From contig OX597830.1 of assembly GCA_951406725.2 (NCBI GenBank), forward strand, positions 64,542,001 to 64,606,000: DNA of 64,000 nucleotides, read 5' to 3'. Positions 28,370 to 42,340 of the stretch are shown here, one piece after another (positions within the stretch are counted from its first letter, which is position 1; each line of letters opens with the position of its first letter). The notes beneath the pieces were generated by a model, which saw nothing but the letters and a program-made list of their open reading frames with translations, made no database searches and was not told where the DNA came from. Source of the DNA: Octopus vulgaris. Lineage: Eukaryota. The position numbers were made by a program, and so were the translations under genes.

Positions 28370-28810
28370 ATGTACCGTGAGCGGTACATTATTTGTACGA
28401 TGTGGAGAATATACCGCCAAATTTGCCCAAACGACCTGAACATAAGCCTCAAGGTTCATCCAAGACTGGGACCACGGGCCATACGTCCCCAGCCCAATTC
28501 AAGATCACAGCATACATATACACTACAACATAATTTCTTTTCCTCAACAGGCCCTGCCCTATTTAACATTGTCCCGAAAGAGATCAAAGAGGAACAGGAT
28601 CCCATCAACTTTAAACGGAGTCTGGATAGATTCCTTCAAGGAATACCAGATAAGCCACCCATAATTGGATACAACTCACCCAACAAAAACTCACTACTTG
28701 AGTGGATCATAAGCAAAACTTGACTTAAACAGGATTCAAATAATCCTATCAGGTGGTGCTATTAAGTTAGACATGGCCTGGACCAATCATTGGTCGAAAC
28801 ACATCTAAGT
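28370..28810 (+). mobile_element. CR1-clade LINE 3' end (ORF2 C-terminus 28370-28723 plus 3' UTR)
   Basis: RERYIICTMWRI...NFFSSTGPALFNIVPKEIK...FKRSLDRFLQGIPDKP...NSL; tail ggtggtgc...catggcc..gaccaatcattggtcgaaac. Confidence 0.85.
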
Positions 28811-29632
28811 TTATGTACATGGATATATATACATGACGGTAATATGTGTACATTCTTGTAAAAGTGTGACCATCATTGATTAAAGGAACGTCGGCATTGA
28901 CTATATAGACATTTTGGTTGAACAAGGCTAACACAACACCGCATAGAGCTTTCCTACCTTCTTTGTGTGATTCAAAATCAAACCGAAGGAAGATCATTGT
29001 TATCAATAAGGAACTCAAAACCCGAGCAGGAACATAAATGATCAACAGAGCCAAATTATCAAAACCATTTGGTAAACTGGCAATTTAATACCAAATTGAT
29101 AATCATAAGATGTGGAAAAGGGCAATGACGAAGAACCACTAGGAAAAAACAAAAAGAGAAAAGAACAGAGAAAAAAAGATGCCCAGTTGACGTAGACATG
29201 CTTTACCCCTCATCAGTTGTCGACCAAATATAATAATTTCGACACCTTTTCCAGTCTTATGACTAAACGAAAGCTAAGGGGTGCCTTAGTGTTTTGGTGC
29301 ATCGGTGCTTCACTTTCTTGCATTGTGTCGGACAACATTCCGAAATATCTAAGAGCCTGTGATACTCTAAGAATGTCGTTGACCGTATAAAGATGTCACC
29401 TGTCCATTTGACAAGAACTGTTGTTGTCTTGCTGGTTTATTTCTCTTGCAACTCTTCTCACCTGGTTAGCTTGCTGGTTGTACCGGTTTAAGAGCCGACG
29501 ATCCGACCACGCAGCTGGTTATACATACATACATACATACATACATACATACATACATACATACATACATACACAGATATGTATGTGTATTATATAAACA
29601 TATATATGTCTATGCATATTTGTACGTGTGTG

Positions 29633-29677
<45 letters not shown>

Positions 29678-30054
29678 GCACACAAAGAGTGAGAAAGAAA
29701 CAGAGGGAGACAAATAGAAAGAGAAAGGAGGAGAGAAAGGCAGAGAGATATAGAGACAGGTAGATAGATAGATTGGTAGAGGGAGAGACAGAGAGAGGGA
29801 GAGACAAAGGGAGAGAGAGAAGGCGCAAATCGCAGACTTGTTGAATGAGAAAAAAAGACTTGCATAGATGACAGATCCACGTACCCATAGAGAGTGGGGG
29901 GGGGGGGGTGTACCCTTAATTCATTTAAAGATACCAATAAATAGAAAAGGAGATAACTATAGAGAAAGCAATTAATTTGGGGTAATGAAGCTGTGCCCTT
30001 ACTTTGTTAATTTACGTATTTGATGAACCAATGACCTTTTCGGGAAGTTTAGCT

Positions 30055-30790
30055 TTGGTTCTCTTTGGTTGTGGTGATGGTGGTTGTGGTGAAGTTGATG
30101 GAGGCAGAAGGATTGTGATGGTAGCGGTGGAAGTAGTATGGGTAGTGGTAGTGTTATGGTATGGCGGTTGTAAAAATGATGGTGGTGATGATGGAGGTGG
30201 GGGCAGGACAGTGGTGACACTGGTGATGTCGGATGGTGTTGGTGGCGCTGGTGATGTATGATGGCGGTGGCGACGCTGGTGGAGTTTGATAGTGGCGGTG
30301 GTGTATGATGCTGTAGTGGTGGTGGTGGTGGTGGTGGTGGTGGTTTTTGATGGTGATGGTGTTTGAGGGTGGTGGTAAAGACGAAAGTGGTAAAGATGGT
30401 TATGGTGATGGAGCTCGAGCAGAATTATAGTAACGGTGTGGGGGTGGGCGGTGACGGAGGTGAGGAAGGTGGAGCAGGATGGGTGGTGGTGATGGTGGTG
30501 TTGCAATTGGAGCAGCATGGTAAGGCTGATGGTGGTGGTGATGATGACGATGTTATCGGTGGTGGACGTGGGCTTGTAGCGATGGTGGCGATGGAGGCGA
30601 TGGCGGAGATAGCCGCAGTGGTGGAGGTGTTGGTGGTGGTGGTGGTGACGATGTTATCGGTGGTAAACGCGGAGGATTTGTAGTGTTGGTGGTGGTGGCG
30701 TTGGTGGCTGTGGCGGAGGTAGCAGCAGCGATGGTGGTGGCGGTGGTGGTGGTGGTGATGGTGGTGGTGCCAGTGGAGGTGCGGAGGCTT
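30055..30790. repeat. degenerate (GGT)n G/T-rich low-complexity tract
   Basis: Directly visible. Confidence 0.9.
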
Positions 30791-31125
30791 AATAGGATGT
30801 GGAGGGTAATTGGTCTGAGTGTCTGAGTGTCATGGAAAGGAAGAGGTTAATAACTTAATAAAGAGTCGTCGTCATTGGACAGTAATTAACATCACCACAT
30901 CACCATAATCACTTGCAGAACGTCACTTCCTGCTTTGTGGGTTTCTGTGAACGCATGTGTGTGGAGTTGTGTTTACATGTACTTTTGTATGTGTGTATGT
31001 ATGTATGTATGTATGTATGTATGTATGTATGTATGTATGTATGTATGTATGTATGTATGTATGTATGTATGTATGTATGTATGTATGTATGTATGTGTGT
31101 ATGTATGTATGTATGTATGTATGTA

Positions 31126-31156
<31 letters not shown>

Positions 31157-31422
31157 ATCTATCTATCTAGCTATCTATAAATAAGTATGCATATATATAT
31201 ACATATATATATATATATGTATATACTGTATATGAATATACATGCATGTGTATATATGTGAGCATATATATATAGATAAACTTATATCTATGTATACACC
31301 TAAATATATTGTATGTATGTGTGTATGCATATATATATATGTATATATATATATGCATGTGTGTGTAAATGTATATTTTTATCATATGCATATGTGTATA
31401 TTACACACACACACACAGACAT

Positions 31423-31455
<33 letters not shown>

Positions 31456-31482
31456 CAAACATACACATACCACACACATGCA

Positions 31483-31612
31483 TAGGCGTAGGAGTGGTTG
31501 TGTGGTAAGTAGCTTGTTCCGAGCACCTTGGGAAAGTGTCTTCTACCATAGCCTCGGGCCGACCAAAACCTTACGAGTGGATTTGGTAGATGGAAACTGA
31601 AAGAAGCCTGTC

Positions 31613-31662
<50 letters not shown>

Positions 31663-31830
31663 TTGTGTGCCCCATACCATCGCATTACAACCGATGTTCG
31701 TGTGTTTACATCCTCGTAACTTATTGGACTGGCAAAAGAGACCGATGGAATAAGTACTAGGCTTCTATATGTCCTGTGGTCGATTTGTTCGACTAAAGCA
31801 TAGCCAGAGTCTAACGACTGATACAAATAA
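31483..31830 (+). mobile_element. SINE family A with internal deletions
   Basis: ggcgtaggagtggttgtgtggtaagtagcttg... through to a degenerate tail. Confidence 0.8.
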
Positions 31831-32122
31831 CGTTCATTGAGCGTTCGGACCTTAATCCGAGTATGTTTCCGTTCCGCTGCTCAAAAGCTTAGTCGACACA
31901 TGGCTGTGACCCAAACAGGTGCTACTACTTCGGGTCAGTGTAGACCAGGAAACAATAGAGGCGAAGAGGTGGTTCTACTCTCCACCAAACAATGGAACTT
32001 CTGAACGAGAGCCCAAGTAATGGATGTATTTAAAGTCAAACCCGGGACAAATACATACATACATACATACATACATACATACATACATACATACATACAT
32101 ACATACATACATGCATACATAC

Positions 32123-32388
32123 ATTACTGTATGCAGTTATTCTGTCCAGATTACTAGTTGAGTTTATGGAATATGTAACACACTGCCTAAATACCAATGT
32201 TGAGGAATTAAGCTTCTCAAAACCAGAAGCGAGAAAGCTGATTCAAAGATTATAAATCCAATTCGTCACTGGAACCGTAAAGATCTGTAAAACTTTCTAG
32301 AACTTTATCATTTAAATATGTATGAGCATGTATAGCTATGGAACTATATGCATGAGAATACATACATAAAACAAAACATACAAATCTT
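32123..32388 (+). mobile_element. 3' fragment of the (CATA)n-associated REL-type LINE
   Basis: Matches 58730-59005 (cactggaac.gtaaa.atctgtaaaactttc.agaa.tttatcatttaa...gcatgagaatacatacataaaacaaaacatacaaat). Confidence 0.8.
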
Positions 32389-32431
32389 CACACATAGATA
32401 GACAGATCTCTGTCTGTCTCTCTCTCTCTCC

Positions 32432-32465
<34 letters not shown>

Positions 32466-32522
32466 ATATATATATGTGTATATATATATATGTGTATGTG
32501 TGTGTATATATATGTGTATATA

Positions 32523-32564
<42 letters not shown>

Positions 32565-32620
32565 TGTTCGTTTGTTTTCCACCTGCCTTCGTCTTTTGTT
32601 TATTTTCATAAAGCTTCCCG

Positions 32621-32732
<112 letters not shown>

Positions 32733-32745
32733 AGAGAGAGAGAGA

Positions 32746-32985
32746 CAACAGATTGCATTCCCAGAATACAGAATGATACCTTTTAGTGAGCACATTGAGA
32801 AATGCGCAAAGCAACTACTACCACAATTTTTAATCTTTCCATTTTACCAATGTGCTATCGGATCATCAACACAAATTAGACTAAACAAGGAAACATTCTT
32901 CATTGAAAAGAACAAGCCCAGACTTAACCATCCCAACATATTGATACAGAGAAATTCACACCAAGGGAAAGGAAAAAAATTTTAA
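32746..32985 (+). pseudogene. Penelope-like element GIY-YIG endonuclease C-terminal fragment
   Basis: [20 protein letters not shown]...FLIFPFYQC...RLNKETFFIEKNKPRLN matches the SxH...RxxxExxxI...PxLN end of PLE GIY-YIG domains. Confidence 0.7.
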
Positions 32986-33067
32986 GCGATTATCTCCCTT
33001 ACACCGGAAGAAATCACTCATTACCTCCCCTTATTTAGAACTCTATTCAACATAAACATAACGTCGT

Positions 33068-33106
33068 AAGAAATTTGAAAAGCTAAATGCGAAACCGGTC
33101 TTTCTT
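33068..33106 (+). ncRNA. decayed minimal hammerhead motif in PLE 3' region
   Basis: aagaaa-t-TTGAAAA-gc taaat gc-GAAA-ccgg-TC-tttctt; helix I is 6 bp, but the core deviates from CUGAnGA. Confidence 0.5.
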
Positions 33107-33268
33107 CAAAACTATGTCATTATAAGAGAAAACAATTTTTTAATATTCTTCAGACATATTGACGCAAATATATATATTTTTAACATTTAAGCCTTCTGTA
33201 GTTTTTTCACTTTTTACTATTTTCTATATATTCAACCACGTGCTTTCACAAACCAACTTTCTTATCTA

Positions 33269-33358
<90 letters not shown>

Positions 33359-33480
33359 ATGTATATAGGCAGATAGATAGATAGGTAGATAGATAAACAG
33401 ATAAATTGATAGAAAGACTGTTTTTGTATACGTGGAACAGTGTTATATCACATCCTTTGGATATATACATACATACAGGC

Positions 33481-33823
33481 TAAAGGGTAAAGACCCCCTT
33501 CGGTTATGAATCACCATGGGATTGCACCTAAAATCTTCCTCTCCAAGGCACAAGTCCAGGCAAGTTTGTTTATGGAAGACCAGCAGTCACCCATGCACAC
33601 CAACCTCCACTCTCCATGCCACCGATGTTACCCAAGGGTAGGTCAAAGGCCGATACAGCTTGGTAACAATGATGTCGAAACTCATTTCTACAGCTAAGTG
33701 AACTGGAGCAGCGTGAAATGAAGTGTCTTACTCAAGAACACTACACACAGCCAGGTCCTGGAATCGAACTCACTATCTCATGATTGTGAGCCTGACGCTT
33801 TTATCACTGAGCCATGCGCTTTC
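33481..33823 (-). mobile_element. SINE family D-related (CORE-like), alternative tail
   Basis: Reverse complement: gcgcatggctcagtg...gagttcgattcc...gttcttgagtaagacacttcatttcacg.tgctccagttcacttagctg. Confidence 0.8.
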
Positions 33824-34269
33824 ACATGTCTGTGCATGTGTGTGAATGTGTGTGTGTTTGTGTGTGCGCATGTTCGCAGGTGGTATATTCACATATGTTA
33901 TACATACACAGACACACCTTAATGGAAGTAATATTCAACATATGAATAAATTTCTCGAAATATAATGGAAATACTTTTACACTGTAAAGCAGACATGTGC
34001 AAAATTCTGTAAACATGTAAATTTGTTCTGAACGATTATAGAAGGAAGTACAATGACAGCTAAAACAAAGGAACCCTGGACAATAAAGCCATGTCATACG
34101 TATTAAAATAAGTATATAATTATATTCAATATTTCTTCTCCGGATACAAACCCGTGTTTTTAACACCCGCAGAAATAAAATTACAAAGAGGAGGTTTTAA
34201 CAGAAAATGACTAGATGAAATGATTAATGTCTTGTGTCTTTCCGTCGTTTCAGTGTATAATTGTCTTGA

Positions 34270-34670
34270 AGGCAGCGTGCTGGCAGAATCGTCAGAGCAT
34301 CGGAAAAAATGCTTAGCGCAATTTCTTCTGGCATTTTACGTTCTTAGTTTAAATACCTCGAGGTCGACTATACCTTTTATCATTCTAGGTTCGATAAAAT
34401 GAATATCAGTCAAAAGAGTCGATGTAATCAACTTGTCCCCCTTCCCTCAAAATGTCTGGTCTTGTGAGAAAATTAGAAAGAATTATATAAGCGTTTTAGA
34501 GTGGCGAAAAAACTGTCGGAAAAATGCCTTAATCTGAGTTCGAATCTCGTCGAGGTTAAGTATGGCTGTCATCATTTCAAGGTAGTCAAAATAAAATACC
34601 AGTAAAGTACTGGGGCCGAAGGCATCAATTTACCTAATCCTTTTAAAATTCCCTAAATCAGAAACCGTTA
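34270..34670 (+). mobile_element. two old SINE family C copies
   Basis: Degenerate ggcagcgtgctggcagaatcg..., gaggtcgacta.accttt.atc. Confidence 0.65.
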
Positions 34671-34965
34671 TATAATTGCTTGAAATGTTAGTTTCTTTGT
34701 CACGTTTCTACGATAATTCACACACACATCTTTGGCCCACTTAGCAACCAATCTATTTGAAGTTGCTTGTAAGTGATTGAGTACTCCGCAGATCCGGGTA
34801 ATCTCGATGGAATTCTAAAGTAGAATAAGCAGGAAGTTGGTCTTTTCAGATAAATAAAATCGACTCGAAGGGATTTTACAAAAACTTTCCGCCTGTCCCA
34901 CGCCATTCTGAAAGATTGAGTCATTTCGAAAAATGACACTCACCAGATGTTGTTGCCCGGCCATA

Positions 34966-35029
<64 letters not shown>

Positions 35030-36014
35030 GTTGCTGCCGTTTTCGCTTTCCGTCTACCAAATCCATTTACAAGGCATTTGTCGGCCAGTCACTTGCCCAA
35101 GGTTCCATGCAATGGGACTGAACCTAAGGCCACAGATTACAAAGCCAGTTTCTTACCACACAATTAATTATGTGTGAGCCTACATTATAACAGTTTGACA
35201 AAACTCCACATTGCTTAAAGTTTCGTGAGTGTACAGCGCTATCTTCAAATATCTAATGATGTGGGTGAGTTCCACGTCCGCAATACACTAATTTTAGTGA
35301 AGCTGCGTCAAAAATTTATTAAGTACGGATGACTCTAACAAAATGTGTTACACGCCAATTTCGTTTGTTCTCTCACTTACCCATTCGCACACATATACAT
35401 ACATAACTATGGAGAAGACCAAACAATACCGAAGTAAAAGATCCGTACAAAAACGGACAACTCAGAATAACGAAACTAGTATATAAAAAATTCGCAATCG
35501 AACATAACATGTGTATTCCCGTCATCAGCTTCCCAATCGGATATCACTATGGTTTCGGCACCTAGGTAGTACAATTCAATCTGGCGGTGTCTGAGGCACA
35601 TACTTCTGTATTTAGTATAGAAATAGTGGCGTCTTATACATTTCATTCTGTCTACGTCAAAGATGCTTATCCGAATTGTGGTACAAGTGACATCACACAC
35701 ACACACAGTTCGCAGAACAGTAAAGGGAGGGAATAGACACCACAAGTTATCTCACTTGATCCTCCTTCCACTTATACCAATTCACCTTCAGAATTGGTAA
35801 TTCTTTTATCGACTCCGAAAATTTGAAATGTAAAAATTGACTTTGGTAGGGTTTGAACCCAGAGTACAGGGAACCATAATAGATATTGCGAGGTTCTCTA
35901 TCAAATCAAACAGCTTCACGACTCTTCCAATTTGATTTGCTGCCTTCACACACGGTTATATTAAATCTCGCGGTGCATGTCTATCTATATACATATATTA
36001 TATACATACAAATA

Positions 36015-36110
<96 letters not shown>

Positions 36111-36180
36111 TACATATATTTATATATATGAAACGTAGACAAACCACAGGAGATTCGGCTGCTGAGAGAGAATAGTGTCT

Positions 36181-36211
36181 GACTAGTTTCGTTTATATTA
36201 AAACTCATCAG
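36181..36211 (-). ncRNA. minimal hammerhead ribozyme core
   Basis: CTGATGA gttt taatat aaac GAAA ctag TC: perfect core, 4-bp helix II, palindromic helix III; helix I poorly paired. Confidence 0.6.
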
Positions 36212-36394
36212 GTATCAATTACTTCGCTTTCAACAGCCAAACTTAAGAACAATATATCTTCCTATAAACTATTAATGCCGCATAGAAATATATATAATGG
36301 TAACAGCTGGATGCATGGAATTAAACAATATATTGTACTGTCAGAGTGTAGCATATTCATAATTGTCTGCGGATATATTACATTGTGAATAATG

Positions 36395-37210
36395 CTTTAT
36401 AATTTTGGCACAAAGCCAGTAATTATAGGGGCGGCGGTAAGTCGATGCAGTGCTCAAGTGGTATTTATTTTAACGACCTGAAAGGATGAAATTCAAAATC
36501 GTCAAACTGGAAGAAATGCCGATGACCATTTTCCCTCCGAAGTTCTAACGATTTCAACGCGTCGCCTTGTATAACAATTAAATAATCCTTTCTACTAAAA
36601 GAACAAGGCCTGAAATTCGGTGGTGGTGGGGTATAGCTAAATCGATTACATCGAACCCCAGTACTCAACTGGTACTTAGTTTATCGATCCCGGAAGGGGT
36701 GACAGGCAAAGTCGACTTCAGCGGAATTTGAACTCAGAACGCAGCGCAGGAGAAATACCGCTAAGCATTTCACCCAGCGTACTAACGATTCTTATTTCTT
36801 TATTGCCCACAAGGGGCTAAACATAGAAGGGACAAACAAGGACAGAAAAAAAGGGTGAAGTCGATTACATCGAACCCAGTCCGTAACTGCTACTTAATTT
36901 GTCGACCCCGAAAGGATGAAAGGCAAAGTCGATCTCAGCGGAATTTGAACCCAGAACGTAAAAACAGACGAAATACCTATTTCTTTACTACCCACAAGGG
37001 GCTAAACACAGAGGGGACAAACAAGGACAGACAAACGGATTAAGTCGCTTACATTGACCCCAGTGCGTAACTGGTACTTATTTAATCGACCCCGAAAGGA
37101 TGAAAGGCAAAGTCGACCTCAGCAGAATTTGAACTCAGAACATAGCGGCAGACGAAATGCCGCTAAGCATTTCGCCCGGCGTGCTAACGATTCTGCTAGT
37201 TCGCTGCCTA
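36395..37210 (-). mobile_element. SINE family C cluster: trimer 36583-37210 plus a degenerate monomer
   Basis: Three cores in tandem, tail 1 twice, then tail 2. Confidence 0.85.
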
Positions 37211-37414
37211 TACCTTTAGTTCTGCTTGAAAATATCTAACCCGGGCGCACAAAATAGAACTTCCGGCAGCTAAGAAACTGGTGGTTAGCCGGAATTTAAG
37301 AACGCACCCTTCCCACTAGTTATATTTTCAGAACAAGTTTAAATAACTCATTTTTATTATTTCCATGAATATTTCTCTATCACATTCTCTATCACATTCT
37401 TTCGGGCTCACGCA

Positions 37415-38155
<741 letters not shown>

Positions 38156-38210
38156 GAATATATATATATATATAATATTCTATAATTATATACATAATTA
38201 TAGAATATAT

Positions 38211-38606
38211 ACTCTTTACTCTTTTACTCTTTTACTTGTTTCAGTCATTTGACTGCGGCCATGCTGGAGCACCGCCTTTTAGTCGAGCAAATCGACCCCG
38301 GGACTTATTCTTTGTAAGCCCAGTACTTATTCTATCGATCTCTTTTGCCGAACCGCTAAGTGACGGGGACGTAAACACACCAGCATCGGTTGTCAAGCAA
38401 TGCTAGGGGGACAAACACAAACACATACACACACATATATATATATATACATATATACGACAGGCTTCTTTCAGTTTCCGTCTACCAAATCCACTCACAA
38501 GGCATTGGTCGGCCCGGGGCTATAGCAGAAGACACTTGCCTAAGATGCCATGCAGTGGGACTGAACCCGGAACCATGTGGCTGGTTAGCAAGCTACTTAC
38601 CACACA
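38211..38606 (-). mobile_element. young SINE family A
   Basis: Near-perfect reverse complement of 1123-1531; an older minus-strand copy follows at 38640-38960. Confidence 0.9.
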
Positions 38607-39149
38607 ATAATTTTTAAAATGTTTAATCCACAATCGTTTGCCCGAGAAGCATTTTGTCGAACTAACGATTTTTCCCTTCTCAGACTTATCTTTATAAACC
38701 TAGTAGTTATTTTGCCGAGCTCTTTGCCGAAACGCTAAGTTACGGGGGTCATCAACACATTAGCATCGGTTGTCAAGCGAGGCGGGGGGACAAACACACA
38801 CATATATATGTCTTCGTCTATCAAATCCACTCTCAAGGCTTTGGCTGACCCGAGGCTCTAGTAGAAGACATTTGCCCAAGATGCTACGCAGTGGGATTGA
38901 ACGCAGAACCATGTGGTTAGGAAGCAAATTTCTTACGACACAACCGTGCTTGTGCCTATAAACTATAGCTATACTCTATAAATTTCTCTGGGACCATAAA
39001 ACGAAACCACGTGTTCTCAATAAATCTACAAATAGTCAGGGCAATTCCAATATTTTGCATGCCACGGAGATGCATAAAGGTTTGTTTATATTACATAGCG
39101 AAGCTTATAACCTCAAAATATTAAGTATATCGCCAATATATCAGATCAC

Positions 39150-39415
39150 GGTACTACTAGCGAAAAGTGGGCCCGGTGCGCGCACACACGCAGTTGCGCA
39201 TCCGCGCTAGCTAGTCGTAAGTAGTCGATACTACAACGACTACTTAGCAAAGTAAATAAAACACAAAATAAATAATTTTTTTTACACGAAGTAAATAATT
39301 TTTGTTAAACGAGGTAAATAAAACACAAAAACGCAAAGTAAGGATCGACTAGTCATGACTAGCTAGCGTGACTATGCGAGCGCTCGCACTGGGACCACTG
39401 TTCGCCAGTAGTACC
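39150..39415. mobile_element. 266-bp MITE with 9-bp TSD (Mutator/MULE-like)
   Basis: TIRs ggtactactagcgaaaagtgggcccggtgcg versus reverse complement ggtactactggcgaacagtggtcccagtgcg; TSD tcagatcac at 39141-39149 and 39416-39424. Confidence 0.9.
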
Positions 39416-39526
39416 TCAGATCACATTACTTTTGTAATACTTCAAACAAATTATTTATTGAACTAAGGGAAATTCAGATTAATTATTTTGTGTATTAACG
39501 ACGAATTTTGGTACTACTTAAATATG

Positions 39527-39670
<144 letters not shown>

Positions 39671-39721
39671 CATATATATGTATTTAAAATATTCTATAAT
39701 TATATACATGATTATAGAATA

Positions 39722-39759
<38 letters not shown>

Positions 39760-39810
39760 CATATATATGTATTTAAAATATTCTATAATTATATACATAA
39801 TTATAGAATA

Positions 39811-39857
<47 letters not shown>

Positions 39858-39859
39858 TC

Positions 39860-39931
<72 letters not shown>

Positions 39932-39940
39932 TATGTATTT

Positions 39941-40136
39941 AAAATATTCTATAATTATATACATAATTATAATCAGGGTTCAGCTAAGTGTCTTGCCACG
40001 TACTGAATTAGTAATAGACGCCAGTGTCGTTTCAACTACAATAAAAATCTCCGAAACAATAACACATTTTTTCTAATTCAGTACGTGGCGAGACACTCAG
40101 CTGATTATAATTATGTTTATAATTATAGAATATTTT
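39941..40136. repeat. inverted repeat, arms 39941-40011 and 40073-40136
   Basis: aaaatattctataattatatacataattataatcag...agtgtcttgccacgtactgaattag is mirrored with about 3 mismatches and a 7-nt indel. Confidence 0.9.
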
Positions 40137-40238
40137 GTATAATTCACCTAAAAAGCCTTTTTTAACGTATTGACTACTTGGTAAAATTATTAATGATTAA
40201 TTAATTATTTAAATAATTAATTTTACCCTATATTGCAC

Positions 40239-40308
<70 letters not shown>

Positions 40309-40519
40309 TTGTGTATATATATAAATATATGTATGTATATATGCAAGGAAAAAAGACAAGGTAGAAAATAATAAAATAATTTTATCATGACATACATTTT
40401 AGTACCCTTTTCCGTCGTTTAGACATTTCCAACTAAAAGTAAAATAAGAAAAACAATTAAATTCGAGAAAAAAATTAAGTGAAATGTTTAGTAAATATTT
40501 CCATAGTCTTCAGATAGTT

Positions 40520-40565
<46 letters not shown>

Positions 40566-41553
40566 TGAAGGCTTGGTAGGTAGAAGTAAATATGAATACA
40601 GGACGAAAGGCAAAGACAACCTCAGCAGAATTTGAACTCGGAACGTAAAGACGAACGAAATGCTGCTAAGCGTATTGCTTGGTGTGCCAATAATTTTGCC
40701 AGCTCGTTGCCTTGTTGTTATTGATGTTTGTTTGTTTATTTTGTTTGTGGTTTGCTAAAAATGACATACGAGCAAAAACAAAAGCAAGCAAAAATACAAA
40801 AAAAAAAAAACAACCTCACAACGAACAGTGTACATACTGAATATTCGTTAACTAAGCTGTGGTGGAGCTGTAAGGAGCATCATAAGACGTTTCGGTGAGC
40901 GGTGATTCGTCAAGGCAGAAAAAGGGAAAGACTGAATGAAGTCAAATAAAATCAAACACACGTTGATGATGCGAAGCTATAATATTTTGAATAAATTAAA
41001 GGAAGCAGTGGAAGAAACAAATTCTAACTCTAGTACAGAAGAGCGAACAATGGCAAGGGAAGCAAGTATGGGGTGTGCAGGAGGAGACAAGACGGGTGTT
41101 ATGAAATACGGTTGTTTGTGTGTGTGTGTAGGTGATACGTGTCTAAGAGATTTCGTTGATTGCACTGCAACTAGATAAAAATATTCAATGAGTGTCATTT
41201 TTTTTATTTTCAGGAAGAAGGAATGTCAAAGACCTAGTTATCTTCAAAATGCCAAAATCTCTTGGTGACAGAATATTCTGGTTAATGTCATCAAAATTTC
41301 TCACAAATGCAGTCAAACGTTTGCACGTGTCAAAAGAGAATTTTAATGTTTTGCTCTTATGCTGAAGATGAAAATTATTAAAGATGAACAGAATTTGTGA
41401 TGGCTAACAAGTTTAGTGTAATACAAACGTACATACATACACACATACATACAGACATGTATATATGTATAGATGATGATAATAATAATAATGATAATGA
41501 TACTACTAATAATAATGATAATAATAACAACAACAACAACAACAACAATAATA

Positions 41554-41610
<57 letters not shown>

Positions 41611-41699
41611 CAAATATTATTTGCATTATTATTATTATACTACAGCAGTATTATTAGTAGTATTATTATACTACAAATATTATTATACTACAGCAAATA

Positions 41700-42143
41700 T
41701 TCTGCTCAATACCACAGATTTGCTTGTCAGTTGTTTGACTTTAACCAGTTGAGCATGTCCCTTAGTGGCTGACGATATGTGCATCTCTGATCACGAGCAG
41801 AAGTAGTGGGGAAGCATCATAGCCATGTGTTGAGAGGGATTCTTTGGAGTTTGAATAATTCACCTCTGGAAACATGGGTGGTTCTTTCAACATCATTAAA
41901 CAACCCTTATTCAGGGACCGTTTGAGCGGGATGGGCTACTCAACCTGAAGAAAATTCTAACTGGGCCCCACCTGCAAGGTCATGTGCTGTTTATTTTGAT
42001 ATGAGATCACCATGTCGCGCACATATGGTTGTGGTGCATGTGCCTGGTGTACCCTTATCAGATGGGTAGTCATGATGGGTATATTGGGCTTCGTATATTT
42101 TACCCCAGTGTCACTTTGATGGCATGCACTGCTCTCTCACTCA
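41700..42143. mobile_element. unclassified interspersed repeat embedded in (AAT)n
   Basis: Complex sequence flanked by AAT runs; its last about 100 bp recur at 57288-57388. Confidence 0.6.
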
Positions 42144-42288
42144 ATAATAATAATAATAATAATAATAATGATGATGGTAATATCCTACATTATATCGGCA
42201 CAACTTGATGAAACCCCGAAAAACTGGCTCACTAAGGGATAGGAGTTTTAATTGCATATTCAAAACGTTTCCCATAAACAAATTTAAA

Positions 42289-42339
<51 letters not shown>

Positions 42340-42340
<1 letters not shown>

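Noticed and set aside
30012-30518. 168-aa His/Thr/Pro-rich, mucin-like ORF
   Set aside because: Product of the (ACC)n-like low-complexity strand; several frames are open for the same reason.
41195-41365. Strong polypyrimidine-CAG acceptor
   Set aside because: All frames close soon and no recognisable peptide.
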